From a virus (taxonomy: Duplodnaviria > Caudoviricetes): a stretch of DNA of 57,371 nucleotides. The position numbers were made by a program, and so were the translations under genes. Where the stretch lies: the IMG/VR virus record IMGVR_UViG_3300022201_000072, positions 1-57,371 of that record; one strand, written 5' to 3'. Each line of letters begins with the position of its first letter. Positions within the stretch are counted from its first letter, which is position 1. Below the pieces are notes generated by a model. It was not told where the DNA came from. It worked only from the letters and a program-made list of their open reading frames with translations, and did no database searches. Shown piece by piece: positions 14,907 through 23,953 of this stretch.

Positions 14907-14993
14907 CCCCCTGTGGCGAAAATGGCAAATGCACACACTAATGGCGGTGACCGCCCACGAAAGGAAATGAGGGTTCAAATCCCTCCAGGGGGC
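14907..14993 (+). tRNA. tRNA-like element (Leu-type scaffold) with non-canonical anticodon arm
   Basis: Acceptor CCCCCTG/CAGGGGG, D-region TGGCGAAAATGGCAAATGC, T-arm GAGGG-TTCAAAT-CCCTC; no 5-bp anticodon stem; no CCA. Confidence 0.65.
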
Positions 14994-15025
14994 TTCAAAA
15001 ACATTAAACTAAAAAACTTAAAATT

Positions 15026-15253
15026 ATGAAAAGAGTAGTAACAGTTATTTTTAACGATACAAGCAGTGATTATTCATACTTCACCGACATCGACGGCCTT
15101 AAGAAAGGTGACTTGGTTGTTGTTCCAGTATCTAATTTTGCACACGATTTTGGCTATTCGATAGCGAAAATATACCACGTAGACCGCGTAAGACCGGAGG
15201 TGCAAGCCGCAGCGACAAAGTGGATAGTTCAAAAAGTGGATACGGATATATGA
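15026..15253 (+). CDS. Small beta-barrel (SH3/KOW-like) phage protein
   Basis: YSYFT..LKKGDLVVVP...ATKWIVQKVD pattern. Confidence 0.7.
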   Translation: MKRVVTVIFNDTSSDYSYFTDIDGLKKGDLVVVPVSNFAHDFGYSIAKIYHVDRVRPEVQAAATKWIVQKVDTDI

Positions 15254-16860
15254 GACAAAGACCAAAACTCTCATTAACACAGGCTTTAAATAAACCAACG
15301 TTTGTGTGGCGCGGAGGATTTGAAGATCGATTACTAGCTAAAAGTGCAGATTTCGAACACTGCTTAGCTCAACCGGGGGTATGGCGGACAAGGGACAAAT
15401 ATAAAGCGTTAAAACTGATAGACTACGCGGACGATTCAGCATTAAAAGTTCTTCTTCCGTTAGAAGAAAATGTAGCCGCTAGTCTTGAAATATTAGCGCC
15501 GTCTAACCGTGTCATATCCCCGGAAGGATGTTCTTATTTCCCGTTTCAAGAGTCCGGTATTGTACAAGCCAGTAATCGCAGAATATCACTATTAGCCGAC
15601 GATATGGGGACGGGTAAAACGGTTATGGCGAGCGGTATAAATAACTATTTGTTTTTTAAAAAATCGCTCGTTATCGGTCCGGCCTCCCTTAGATTGAAAT
15701 GGGTAAGGGAGCTACTGAAATGGGACATCAATTGTGATGAGGCTTATGCTATCCTGTACGGTAATCAGGAGCTAAAGAAAGGGGCCACTACCGTCATATC
15801 GTATAATTTAGCAGTCTCAATGATCGATCAGTTAAAAAGTGAACACTGGGACCATTTAATTTTGGACGAAGCCCACTATCTTAACAACCCGGAGACTGCT
15901 AGAACTATGTCGATACTAGGCAGAATGGACGATAACGGGGATTTTAAAGGCGGTCTTATCGATAACGCCGAAAAAGTCACGCTTTTAACAGGTACCCCTA
16001 TCACCAATCGCGCACACGAATCGTTTTTCATGCTTAGAGCCGTAGCGCCTGAAGTACTGGGGCGTAAATATATAAATTACGGCGCGTATCTCCAAAGATT
16101 CTGCAAATATTATGTTGGAGATCACGGCATAGCGGTAACGGGTAGCAAGAACGACTGGGAGTTGTACAATATGTTGAGGGGTAGCGGTTTCATGACTCGC
16201 AGATTAAAGAAAGCTGTTTTACCGCAATTGCCGGAAAAATTACACAGCCTAGTTGTTTTTCCTGCAGACAAAACGATTATGAGAATAATTGAAAAGGAGC
16301 AACCGTTCGACCCGGAGGAAATTATAAAATTAGGAGAGGGCGAAAACTCCTATCCAGCGCTCCCTGAATTGCGTAGAGAAATGGGAGAGGCAAAAGTCCC
16401 ACTTGTTCATGAATACGTCAATATGCTGCTTAAAACAACGAATAAAGTTATCATTGGGGCAATCCATAAAAATGTAGTTAGAGCGTTATATGAGGCTCTA
16501 ATCGACCACAACCCGGCCGTTATCGTAGGGGCTACGCCCCCGGTAAAAAGACAGTTGGAAGTAGATAGGTTTCAAGACGACGAAAGCTGCCGTATTTTCA
16601 TAGGAAACTTACAAGCTGCCGGTGAAGGGCTGGACCTTACTGCAAGTAGCGAAGTTGTTATTTCAGAGCCTGACTGGGTGCCTTTAAAAAATAATCAATT
16701 CATTGATCGTTCGCACAGAATCGGACAGACCGATAAAGTGAACGTTCATTATCTGGTCGTTGAGAATTCACTTGACGCCTACATCCTCAGTGTCGCTCTG
16801 TATAAAGCTCGCGATATTGATAAAATTTTAGATGGAGATATACGTGAAAATTACAATTGA
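15250..16860 (+). CDS. SNF2-family (HARP-like) helicase
   Basis: LLADDMGTGKT, LILDEAH, LLTGTP, GEGLDLT, QFIDRSHRIGQ; start 15250 by ATGA coupling. Confidence 0.93.
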   Translation: MRQRPKLSLTQALNKPTFVWRGGFEDRLLAKSADFEHCLAQPGVWRTRDKYKALKLIDYADDSALKVLLPLEENVAASLEILAPSNRVISPEGCSYFPFQESGIVQASNRRISLLADDMGTGKTVMASGINNYLFFKKSLVIGPASLRLKWVRELLKWDINCDEAYAILYGNQELKKGATTVISYNLAVSMIDQLKSEHWDHLILDEAHYLNNPETARTMSILGRMDDNGDFKGGLIDNAEKVTLLTGTPITNRAHESFFMLRAVAPEVLGRKYINYGAYLQRFCKYYVGDHGIAVTGSKNDWELYNMLRGSGFMTRRLKKAVLPQLPEKLHSLVVFPADKTIMRIIEKEQPFDPEEIIKLGEGENSYPALPELRREMGEAKVPLVHEYVNMLLKTTNKVIIGAIHKNVVRALYEALIDHNPAVIVGATPPVKRQLEVDRFQDDESCRIFIGNLQAAGEGLDLTASSEVVISEPDWVPLKNNQFIDRSHRIGQTDKVNVHYLVVENSLDAYILSVALYKARDIDKILDGDIRENYN

Positions 16861-17635
16861 AATAAACAGCGTTGAAGATGCTGAAGAAGTGAAAAAAACT
16901 ATTCAACAATTGGCCTCGAATGACGGTCAAACATCACATCTTGAGGGCGCGACTGTGACGTTTAAATCTGAGGCTACTAATACCGGTGATTTAAGTATAA
17001 ACCTCTTTGACGAAGATTTAAATATCGACAGTGATTTCACCGGCAGATCCGGCGAGAGTCAAAAATTACACAGTGACGATTTCGGGAAATCAGACGACGA
17101 AACGCCGAAAGAAAAACGCGCCAGGATTAAAGCTGAGCTGAAAAGTCTCGGTATTGATGTTGATAGCAGTAAAGCCGCTACTGATAAGCTTGAAGCAAGG
17201 CTTGCAAAAAAATTAGCCGATCTGAAAAAAGAACCTGTTGAAACTCCTGTTGGAACAAAACCGGGCGCTGACGAAAATGAAATAACAGATCTGCTTGACG
17301 AACTGGACAGCGCCTCTGAAAAAGAAAAAGTGACAACTGAATCTGTTCGAGAAAAGTGTAAAATCTATCTTAAACTCTCAAAAGTAGAAAAGTTGTATAA
17401 ACTTCTTGAAGATTACGGCGGCGATAGAAAACTGTCAGTGATTGAAACTAAAGGGCTTTTAAACACAGTAGACGACGCCTTGAACGTTCATATAGCTGGA
17501 TTGCAGTTTCGAGAAAAACACGGCGCCGACAAGACAAAAGAAATACTAATGCTTGTCGGTAAAAAACCATCTTTATGGGATGTAGACATCTCTACTCACG
17601 AGCTTTTGACAAAAGCTTTCCAAGAGGGACTATAG
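16844..17635 (+). CDS. Acidic/Lys-rich protein of the replication module
   Basis: GGAG RBS then GTG at 16844; position typical upstream of DUF2800. Confidence 0.7.
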   Translation: MKITIEINSVEDAEEVKKTIQQLASNDGQTSHLEGATVTFKSEATNTGDLSINLFDEDLNIDSDFTGRSGESQKLHSDDFGKSDDETPKEKRARIKAELKSLGIDVDSSKAATDKLEARLAKKLADLKKEPVETPVGTKPGADENEITDLLDELDSASEKEKVTTESVREKCKIYLKLSKVEKLYKLLEDYGGDRKLSVIETKGLLNTVDDALNVHIAGLQFREKHGADKTKEILMLVGKKPSLWDVDISTHELLTKAFQEGL

Positions 17636-18834
17636 TGTTGCATTCTAAATTGGGGGCGTCGTCCATGTATCGTTGGGCGGCTTGCCCCGGCTCCGTCGCC
17701 AAATGTAGGGATATCGAATCAGTAACGTCTATATACGCGCAAGAAGGGACGGACGCCCATAAATTGGGGGAATTAGCGTTGATTGAAAAAAAATCCCCTA
17801 GCCATTGGATAGGAAAAACTATTGGCAAGACGAAAATAACAAGCGACATAGCTAATCACGTAGCATCTTATGTGGCTACAATCCATCTTGATTGGCCTTT
17901 AGAAGACCGAGAACACATTCGTCTTGATGTTGAGAAGAAGTTTAATTTGGATTGGTTGATACCGGGTGCTGGTTTGTTCGGCACAAACGACGCTTGCCTC
18001 TGTGAACCGTTTGGTAAGTTAAGATTATACGATCTTAAATTCGGTTATGGAATCGTAGAGGTGGTGAATAACCCACAGTTACTTTATTATGCTACGGGTG
18101 CATTAGGGAAAGACGATTATGATGAGATTGAAATGATAATCGTTCAACCACGTGCAAGTCATCCAGAAGGCCCTATTAGACGCTGGACAGTTACTCAAGA
18201 GTATGTAATGGATTGGGTTCAGAAAGTATTAGTTCCGGCAATAGAGGCGACTCAACAACTAGACGCACCTTTAATACCTGGAGATCACTGCACATATTGT
18301 CCGGCAAAAGAAAAGATGTTATGTGATACTCAGAAAAAACATGTATTTAGCATCGCTAAGTCTGATTTTTCATCTGTTTCAAACCCGAAAATCGCAAAAC
18401 CGGAAGACTTGACAAATGAAGAACTGAACAAGTCAATTCTAAAATTAAAACTCGTAGAATCTACGCTTAAAAGCTGGAAAGAGTATGCGTTAAGTAGGAT
18501 GAAATCGGGCGGCGTACTTCCAGATTTTAAGCTGGTTGAGACCTCCCCGCGCCGCAAATGGGTGGATGAAGATTTTGTTGCTAAGACTTGTGAAAGTGCC
18601 ATAGGTGACGACGCATATAATCCGAAACAACTTAAATCGCCCAATCAAATGGAAACGGCATTTGCTCAGCACGGGCATAAGCCACACGCAAGAAAAGAGA
18701 TGTTGGGACACTTATGGAAGAAACCAAAAGGTGTGTTGGATATCGCCCCGTTGTCAGATAAGAGACAGGCCGTAAAAGCGCCGATTAGTTCAGATTTTAC
18801 GGACGTTGAAGACGTTAACGACTTTTTAAATTAG
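17635..18834 (+). CDS. DUF2800 Cas4-like PD-(D/E)XK exonuclease
   Basis: HSKLGASSMYRWAACPGS, EGTDAH, GTND, DLKFG, NPQLLYYA, GDHCTYCPA. Confidence 0.88.
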   Translation: MLHSKLGASSMYRWAACPGSVAKCRDIESVTSIYAQEGTDAHKLGELALIEKKSPSHWIGKTIGKTKITSDIANHVASYVATIHLDWPLEDREHIRLDVEKKFNLDWLIPGAGLFGTNDACLCEPFGKLRLYDLKFGYGIVEVVNNPQLLYYATGALGKDDYDEIEMIIVQPRASHPEGPIRRWTVTQEYVMDWVQKVLVPAIEATQQLDAPLIPGDHCTYCPAKEKMLCDTQKKHVFSIAKSDFSSVSNPKIAKPEDLTNEELNKSILKLKLVESTLKSWKEYALSRMKSGGVLPDFKLVETSPRRKWVDEDFVAKTCESAIGDDAYNPKQLKSPNQMETAFAQHGHKPHARKEMLGHLWKKPKGVLDIAPLSDKRQAVKAPISSDFTDVEDVNDFLN

Positions 18835-18846
18835 GAGGAAAAATAC

Positions 18847-19032
18847 ATGGAATTAATAAGCTGTAAGGCGTGTGGTGTAGTGCTTGATAAACAATCTCTT
18901 AGTTTTCCTGAAATTTGGGACGCTGAAGGTGATTTAATCCAAGAATACGCGATATGGGACGGTGATTCTCACGTGGCCGTCGTCCCCTGTCCTGTATGTA
19001 AAACGATTATACGAAAAGACGCCATGTTTTAA
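18847..19032 (+). CDS. Small Zn-ribbon protein
   Basis: CKACG...CPVC; AGGAGG RBS. Confidence 0.75.
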   Translation: MELISCKACGVVLDKQSLSFPEIWDAEGDLIQEYAIWDGDSHVAVVPCPVCKTIIRKDAMF

Positions 19033-19058
19033 ACTAATACAAACAATGGAGAAAAAAA

Positions 19059-19700
19059 ATGAGTGATCAAGTTTACGGTGAAAAAATTTTAACACCGCCT
19101 TTCCGGGTTATTTTTCCTACGCTTTTTGATGTGGATGCGGAACGGGAACAAAAGAAAAACGGAAAAGAATACAAGGAATACAGTGTAAACGCGCTATTTA
19201 ATAAAAGCGCTGATCTTAAACCGATGTTAAAAAGTGTTCACGAAGTAGCGACCGAAAAGTGGCGAAGCGTTCCGAAAAATCTTAAAAATCCATTCAAAAA
19301 CGGCAGCAAAGAAAAGGATCTGGACAAGTATCCATATTATGAAAACACAATTTATATTCGTTTTTCTTCTTACGATCAGCCGGGAATCGTCGACGGAAAA
19401 ATGGAGCCGGTTATAGATAAATCTCAAGTATATTCTGGATGTTGGGCAAGAGCTACAGTGGTGGCAAAAACTTATGGCGGGTCCGGGACCGGGTATCAAC
19501 CAGGGGTGTCTTTCAAATTACAGAATATTCAAATTTTGCCGAAAAGTTTCGTTGAACAAGAGTTAGGGCTAGAGGTAGAGGATAGCGCGTTAACCGGTCG
19601 GAGATCGTCACCGAATGAAGATTTCGACGGCATTGATTTTGAAGCTGATGACCCCGCAAATTATGAAACTGTTGAAGACGACATTGGATACGACTTTTAA
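19059..19700 (+). CDS. DUF2815 (T7 gp2.5-like) single-stranded DNA-binding protein
   Basis: NPFKNG, PGIVD, VYSGCWARA, GVSFKLQNIQ; acidic tail ending in F; lies between DUF2800 and polA. Confidence 0.88.
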   Translation: MSDQVYGEKILTPPFRVIFPTLFDVDAEREQKKNGKEYKEYSVNALFNKSADLKPMLKSVHEVATEKWRSVPKNLKNPFKNGSKEKDLDKYPYYENTIYIRFSSYDQPGIVDGKMEPVIDKSQVYSGCWARATVVAKTYGGSGTGYQPGVSFKLQNIQILPKSFVEQELGLEVEDSALTGRRSSPNEDFDGIDFEADDPANYETVEDDIGYDF

Positions 19701-19755
19701 GACGATTTTACTGAAGATGAAATCCCTTATTAATCTATAATTTTTATAAACGTTC

Positions 19756-19784
19756 CGTATTAACCGGTATATCCGGTTAATACG
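19756..19784. terminator. Perfect 12-bp inverted repeat between SSB and polymerase
   Basis: CGTATTAACCGG-tatat-CCGGTTAATACG. Confidence 0.6.
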
Positions 19785-19800
19785 TCAAATAAATTAATAA

Positions 19801-22011
19801 ATGGGAACTAAACTAACTATCGATTTTGAAACTCGTAGTGAATGTGATCTACGTAAATCAGGAGCCTGGAAGTACTCGGAACACCCAAGTACAGAGGTTA
19901 TATGTATGGCTATGAAGGTTAATGATAGACCCCCGGTTATCTGGATCAATCAAGCTATCGTTAAAGAGGCGTTCAGTTTGCCTATAATCTCAACAGAAAG
20001 TGCGCAACAGCTGCTATTGACAGCGGGTATTATCGAAGCGCATAACGCAGAGTTTGAACAAGCAGTTTACATAAACGTGATGATAAAAAAATACGATTGG
20101 CCTGAATTAATAGATAAAAAAGAAACCTCAGAATGGAGATGTTCGGCAGCTAAAGCGGCGGCTCATGCATTACCAAGGTCATTAGACGGGGCTTGTAAAG
20201 CGCTTAATCTTTCGGTTCAGAAAGATATGGAGGGCCACAAGATAATGATGAGACTTTGTAAACCTAAAAAACCGTCTAAAAAAGATCCCAGTATATGGGA
20301 CGAAGACCCGGAAAAGTTTCGTAAACTGCTAAAGTATTGCTTGAGAGACGTTGAATCAGAATATGCCATATCTGAAAGTCTGAGAGGTCTTGACCCGATA
20401 GAACAAAGAATATGGGATATCGATCAAAAAATAAACGCCCGTGGTATATATGTAGATCTTGACGGCATCGCAAATATAGTGCGTATGGTGGAACATTTTG
20501 AAAGTGAACTATCAACCGAAGCTTACGAGATAACAGAACACGCTATTAATAGCCCCAGACAAGTAAAAGCGTTTAGAGAATGGCTGAAATCAGAAGGTTT
20601 AGAAGCGCCAAATTTACAAAAACAGACTGTAACAGATCTGCTAGCTAAAGAGTTACCGGGAGACTTAAACGATAAAGGCGGTAAAGTCAGACGAATGCTA
20701 GAGATACGTCAACGACTGTCAAAAAGCTCCACTTCTAAATTTAAAAAGTTTTTAGCTATGGTGTGCAGTGACGGCAGAGTGAGGGGAACAATGATGTATC
20801 ACGGCGCTAGTACTGGCCGTTGGTCCGGGAAAGGAATACAGCCCCAAAACATGCCAAGGGGGACGTATAAAGATTCCGAAGACTGTTTACAATTCGTAGC
20901 TAAAAACGAATACGGCGTAATCGATGCGCTCTATGACTCTCCTGCAATAGCCGCCTCAAAGTTAATAAGGGCTGTTATAATGGCGGCTCCGGGGCACGAT
21001 CTTATATGTGCGGATTATAAGGGAATAGAGATGCGCGTTCTTGCTTGGCTGGCTGGATCTACTTGGCGGCTGAAAGCTATTCGAGAAAATATCGATTTAT
21101 ACAAGGTAGCTGCTATGAATACTTACGGGGTCGAATATGACGACGTGACCGCCGAACAAAGGCAAGTCGGGAAAGTAGAAGAATTAGCATTAGGCTACCA
21201 AGGTTCATGGCCGGCATTTTCATCCATGGCAAAAAATTATGGCGTTAAACCTCCTGACGACGTAGAGCTGGCTAAAGAGCCGGACCTTTTACATGAGGGC
21301 GCTCATTATACCGAACGGTTTTTAGAGGCTCATAAAGAAGAAACAAAAGAGTACAATAGAGATTGGAGACATAACGGCAGAACTTTGTCCGAAACAGACG
21401 CCAAGTTTAAAAAATGGGCCGCCCCCATTGTCAAATCGTGGAGAGATAACAACCCAGAAATAAAACAAATGTGGTGGGATTTTGAAGGGGCGGCACTAGA
21501 AGCGGTTAAGTCCGGCAGAACGCAGCGTGTAGGTAAGATTTTATTCGGAGTAAAAAGAAACTTTTTATGGATGCGGTTACCATCTGGTAGAAGATTAGCT
21601 TATTATGATCCAGAAATAAAATCAAAAATAATGCCGTGGAAAAAGATAGAAACCGATCCTGATACCGGTGAAGAGATAGAGGTTGATGTGTACAGAGATG
21701 TTGTAACGTATATGGGAATCGATTCTAAATCGAATTCAAAAAAATGGGAAAGAATCTCATCACACGGGGGCAAATGGGTTGAAAATGCTGTTTCAGGCAT
21801 ATCAAGAGACATAATGGCTGAATCAATGCCAAGGCTCGAAAAAGCTAAATACAGCATAATAATGCATGTTCATGACGAGATTTTAAGCGAAGTCCCAGAA
21901 AACTTCGGTTCACTAGAAGCTTTTGAAAATCTAATGGCCACGCCTCCGATTTGGGCGAAAGATTGTCCTATAGAAGCGGAAGGATGGAGAGGAAAAAGGT
22001 ATAGAAAATGA
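19801..22011 (+). CDS. Family A DNA polymerase (3'-5' exonuclease + polymerase; Leu at the 762-equivalent position)
   Basis: IDFET, AHNAEFE, YCLRDV, TGRWSG, DYKGIEMR, RQVGKVEELALGY, HVHDEI. Confidence 0.95.
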   Translation: MGTKLTIDFETRSECDLRKSGAWKYSEHPSTEVICMAMKVNDRPPVIWINQAIVKEAFSLPIISTESAQQLLLTAGIIEAHNAEFEQAVYINVMIKKYDWPELIDKKETSEWRCSAAKAAAHALPRSLDGACKALNLSVQKDMEGHKIMMRLCKPKKPSKKDPSIWDEDPEKFRKLLKYCLRDVESEYAISESLRGLDPIEQRIWDIDQKINARGIYVDLDGIANIVRMVEHFESELSTEAYEITEHAINSPRQVKAFREWLKSEGLEAPNLQKQTVTDLLAKELPGDLNDKGGKVRRMLEIRQRLSKSSTSKFKKFLAMVCSDGRVRGTMMYHGASTGRWSGKGIQPQNMPRGTYKDSEDCLQFVAKNEYGVIDALYDSPAIAASKLIRAVIMAAPGHDLICADYKGIEMRVLAWLAGSTWRLKAIRENIDLYKVAAMNTYGVEYDDVTAEQRQVGKVEELALGYQGSWPAFSSMAKNYGVKPPDDVELAKEPDLLHEGAHYTERFLEAHKEETKEYNRDWRHNGRTLSETDAKFKKWAAPIVKSWRDNNPEIKQMWWDFEGAALEAVKSGRTQRVGKILFGVKRNFLWMRLPSGRRLAYYDPEIKSKIMPWKKIETDPDTGEEIEVDVYRDVVTYMGIDSKSNSKKWERISSHGGKWVENAVSGISRDIMAESMPRLEKAKYSIIMHVHDEILSEVPENFGSLEAFENLMATPPIWAKDCPIEAEGWRGKRYRK

Positions 22012-22301
22012 ATTTATCAATAGAAATAGAAGCGTATAGCAAGACTTGCCCGCACGTAATGGAGGATGGAGTCGTACAAAACTGCTTTACTTCTAGCTGT
22101 ATGGGCTGGATTGAAGTATACCCAAGAATCAAGATGGAAAACCATTCTGGCGCTTATGAAAATCTCGTTAGCCATGCTGTCAAAAGGAAATGGTGTGCGC
22201 AAGCTCCGAGAAAAGAAGGGCCTGACAACAGTTCAGGTTTTGTAGTATTGGATGCCGTCGGCTATTGCGGAAAAAACAACTATCAAGCAGGTCAAAAATG
22301 A
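22008..22301 (+). CDS. Cys-containing hypothetical protein
   Basis: KTCP..C..SCMGW...GYCG; ATGA coupling at both ends. Confidence 0.7.
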   Translation: MNLSIEIEAYSKTCPHVMEDGVVQNCFTSSCMGWIEVYPRIKMENHSGAYENLVSHAVKRKWCAQAPRKEGPDNSSGFVVLDAVGYCGKNNYQAGQK

Positions 22302-22597
22302 AAATATCTAAAATAAATGAAAAGAAATTATCAGAAGATCTAATTTCTATAAGTTATGACGTGGGCCCGGATCATTCTGGCTATTGGGAGATAGATCGAG
22401 ATATGCTAAATTTGATCAGAACGTTTCAAGAAAGCGACGGAACATATATGTGGCAACCTGGACTAGGTCTTTACGAGTATAATACGTTATTAGGAAGGCC
22501 CATAAAAAAAATTGATAAAGGTATCTACCTTGTGTATATAACTAAATTCGGCACGAAACACAAGAAACGATTTGATTTAATAAAATATTTTAGATAG
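22298..22597 (+). CDS. 99-aa protein containing an HK97 major-capsid-like segment
   Basis: IRTFQESDGTYMWQPGLG..NTLLGRP aligns with MCP LRTLQGSDGHYIWQSSLG..NLIAGDP. Confidence 0.75.
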   Translation: MKISKINEKKLSEDLISISYDVGPDHSGYWEIDRDMLNLIRTFQESDGTYMWQPGLGLYEYNTLLGRPIKKIDKGIYLVYITKFGTKHKKRFDLIKYFR

Positions 22598-22604
22598 CAA
22601 TTAA

Positions 22605-22907
22605 CTAATCATTTAATTTAGGGATGATAATTCTGCCGAATATTGAAATCAAAGGGGCCACCTCGTTTCTTAACTCGTCGACCTCCTTTTGAAGATCTTC
22701 AATTTTTACCTCGTTTTTACAACAGGCCCTATCTGTATTCTTTGCTATTGTGCGGGAGTTTAATAGCTCGCCCGCAACTTTCATCTGAAAAACTTCAAGC
22801 TTTTTCTCAGTTTTAAGATGCATCCACAACAGACAAAGAATCCCTAGAAATATATGAGCTTGGTAGTCTTTGAAGATTATTTTCAAAATCGGCAGAACCT
22901 CTAACAT
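22605..22907 (-). CDS. TM + coiled-coil protein, holin-like
   Basis: One TM helix then coiled coil; last gene of the late operon; AGGAG RBS. Confidence 0.5.
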   Translation of the reverse strand: MLEVLPILKIIFKDYQAHIFLGILCLLWMHLKTEKKLEVFQMKVAGELLNSRTIAKNTDRACCKNEVKIEDLQKEVDELRNEVAPLISIFGRIIIPKLND

Positions 22908-23114
22908 GATCTCCTTTTTTACATTGTTTTAGCGTTCATCTCGATACGCACGTTAGCCAGTGCAGCATCTCTAGCGGCAGCGGTTGAGAATATCCATTTT
23001 TGAAAAGGGTTTGCCGTGCTTTTCATAAAAAAGTCAATATCATATGACGCAGGAGGGCCAATAATATCAACAGAGCATACGCTGATATGTCACTTTTATC
23101 TGATTATTTAATGT

Positions 23115-23777
23115 TTACTTAACCAACTCCGCTGTAAGTTTTATTTTTTGTGGAACTTTGCCGCTATCTGCCGCCACTAGACCGTCCATCTTTACCGGAT
23201 CTGTCTCATTCAACAATTCGGTCCTGTTGATGCCAGTGCCTTGATGGATTTCAAATCCAAATACATTGGCAAAATTGTCAATGCCAGCCTTCAGCGCCTG
23301 CATTGCTGGTAGGTTAGTATCAATGGCCACTCGTGCATCATCAATAGCCGCAAATCTTGGGTCAGTAGGAGGAACGCCTTGGTTGATGAGATCTTGTTCT
23401 GTTTGATCGATATTGGCTCTGAAATCCAAAACAGCCCTGTCATAAACAATACCGCATGTATGAATTGATGGATTATATAACCATACGCACCTATGCTCCC
23501 CGCAACAAACCTGGAATATGGCTTCATGGGTGAAATGATTACCGTAGTATTCTCCATCCGGGCCTACCCAGTAGGACCACACGCCGATTGCTGAGTACTT
23601 TCCAGGAGGAAGTGTAACGCTAGCATGGCCGTTCGGAGCGTGGATGACAAGATACTCCATTCCTGCATATTCAAGTAATGTTCCATCACAATTGAAAATC
23701 GTGATATACCAGTCGCGATTATCAACCTTGCATGGTTGATCCATTTGCGAAACAAAAAATTGAACTTCTGATAACAT
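23115..23777 (-). CDS. Hypothetical protein, Cys/His-rich beta-sandwich-like N-terminal half
   Basis: GHASVTLPPGKY; several C/H residues; AGGAG RBS. Confidence 0.7.
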   Translation of the reverse strand: MLSEVQFFVSQMDQPCKVDNRDWYITIFNCDGTLLEYAGMEYLVIHAPNGHASVTLPPGKYSAIGVWSYWVGPDGEYYGNHFTHEAIFQVCCGEHRCVWLYNPSIHTCGIVYDRAVLDFRANIDQTEQDLINQGVPPTDPRFAAIDDARVAIDTNLPAMQALKAGIDNFANVFGFEIHQGTGINRTELLNETDPVKMDGLVAADSGKVPQKIKLTAELVK

Positions 23778-23785
23778 AATTTCTC

Positions 23786-23941
23786 CTATTTTTTTTCAGA
23801 TTGAAGCTCTTTTAATTTCACTTCAATCTTTTTTAAAATGCCTTCTGCTACTATCATAGCAGAGGAATTGCCAGGCGTGAATTTAGCCTCAGCGAAAGAT
23901 TTATAAATAAGTTCAAGCTCTTCTTTTGTTAAATTTTCCAT
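23786..23941 (-). CDS. Small helical protein after the fibre gene (51 aa), not in the ORF track; possible fibre chaperone
   Basis: Hand-translated MENLTKEELELIYKSF...; AAGGA RBS. Confidence 0.6.
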   Translation of the reverse strand: MENLTKEELELIYKSFAEAKFTPGNSSAMIVAEGILKKIEVKLKELQSEKK

Positions 23942-23953
23942 AAAATCCTTTGG

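Noticed and set aside
17635-18834. Cas4 as evidence of a CRISPR adaptation system
   Set aside because: It is the DUF2800 nuclease in its usual helicase-nuclease-SSB-PolA context
1043-19733. Genome-wide TAA stop-codon reassignment (in-frame continuations after TAA at 1045, 3242 and 19700)
   Set aside because: Core genes (MCP, sheath, portal, TMP) end correctly at TAA with full expected length; no suppressor tRNA is evident
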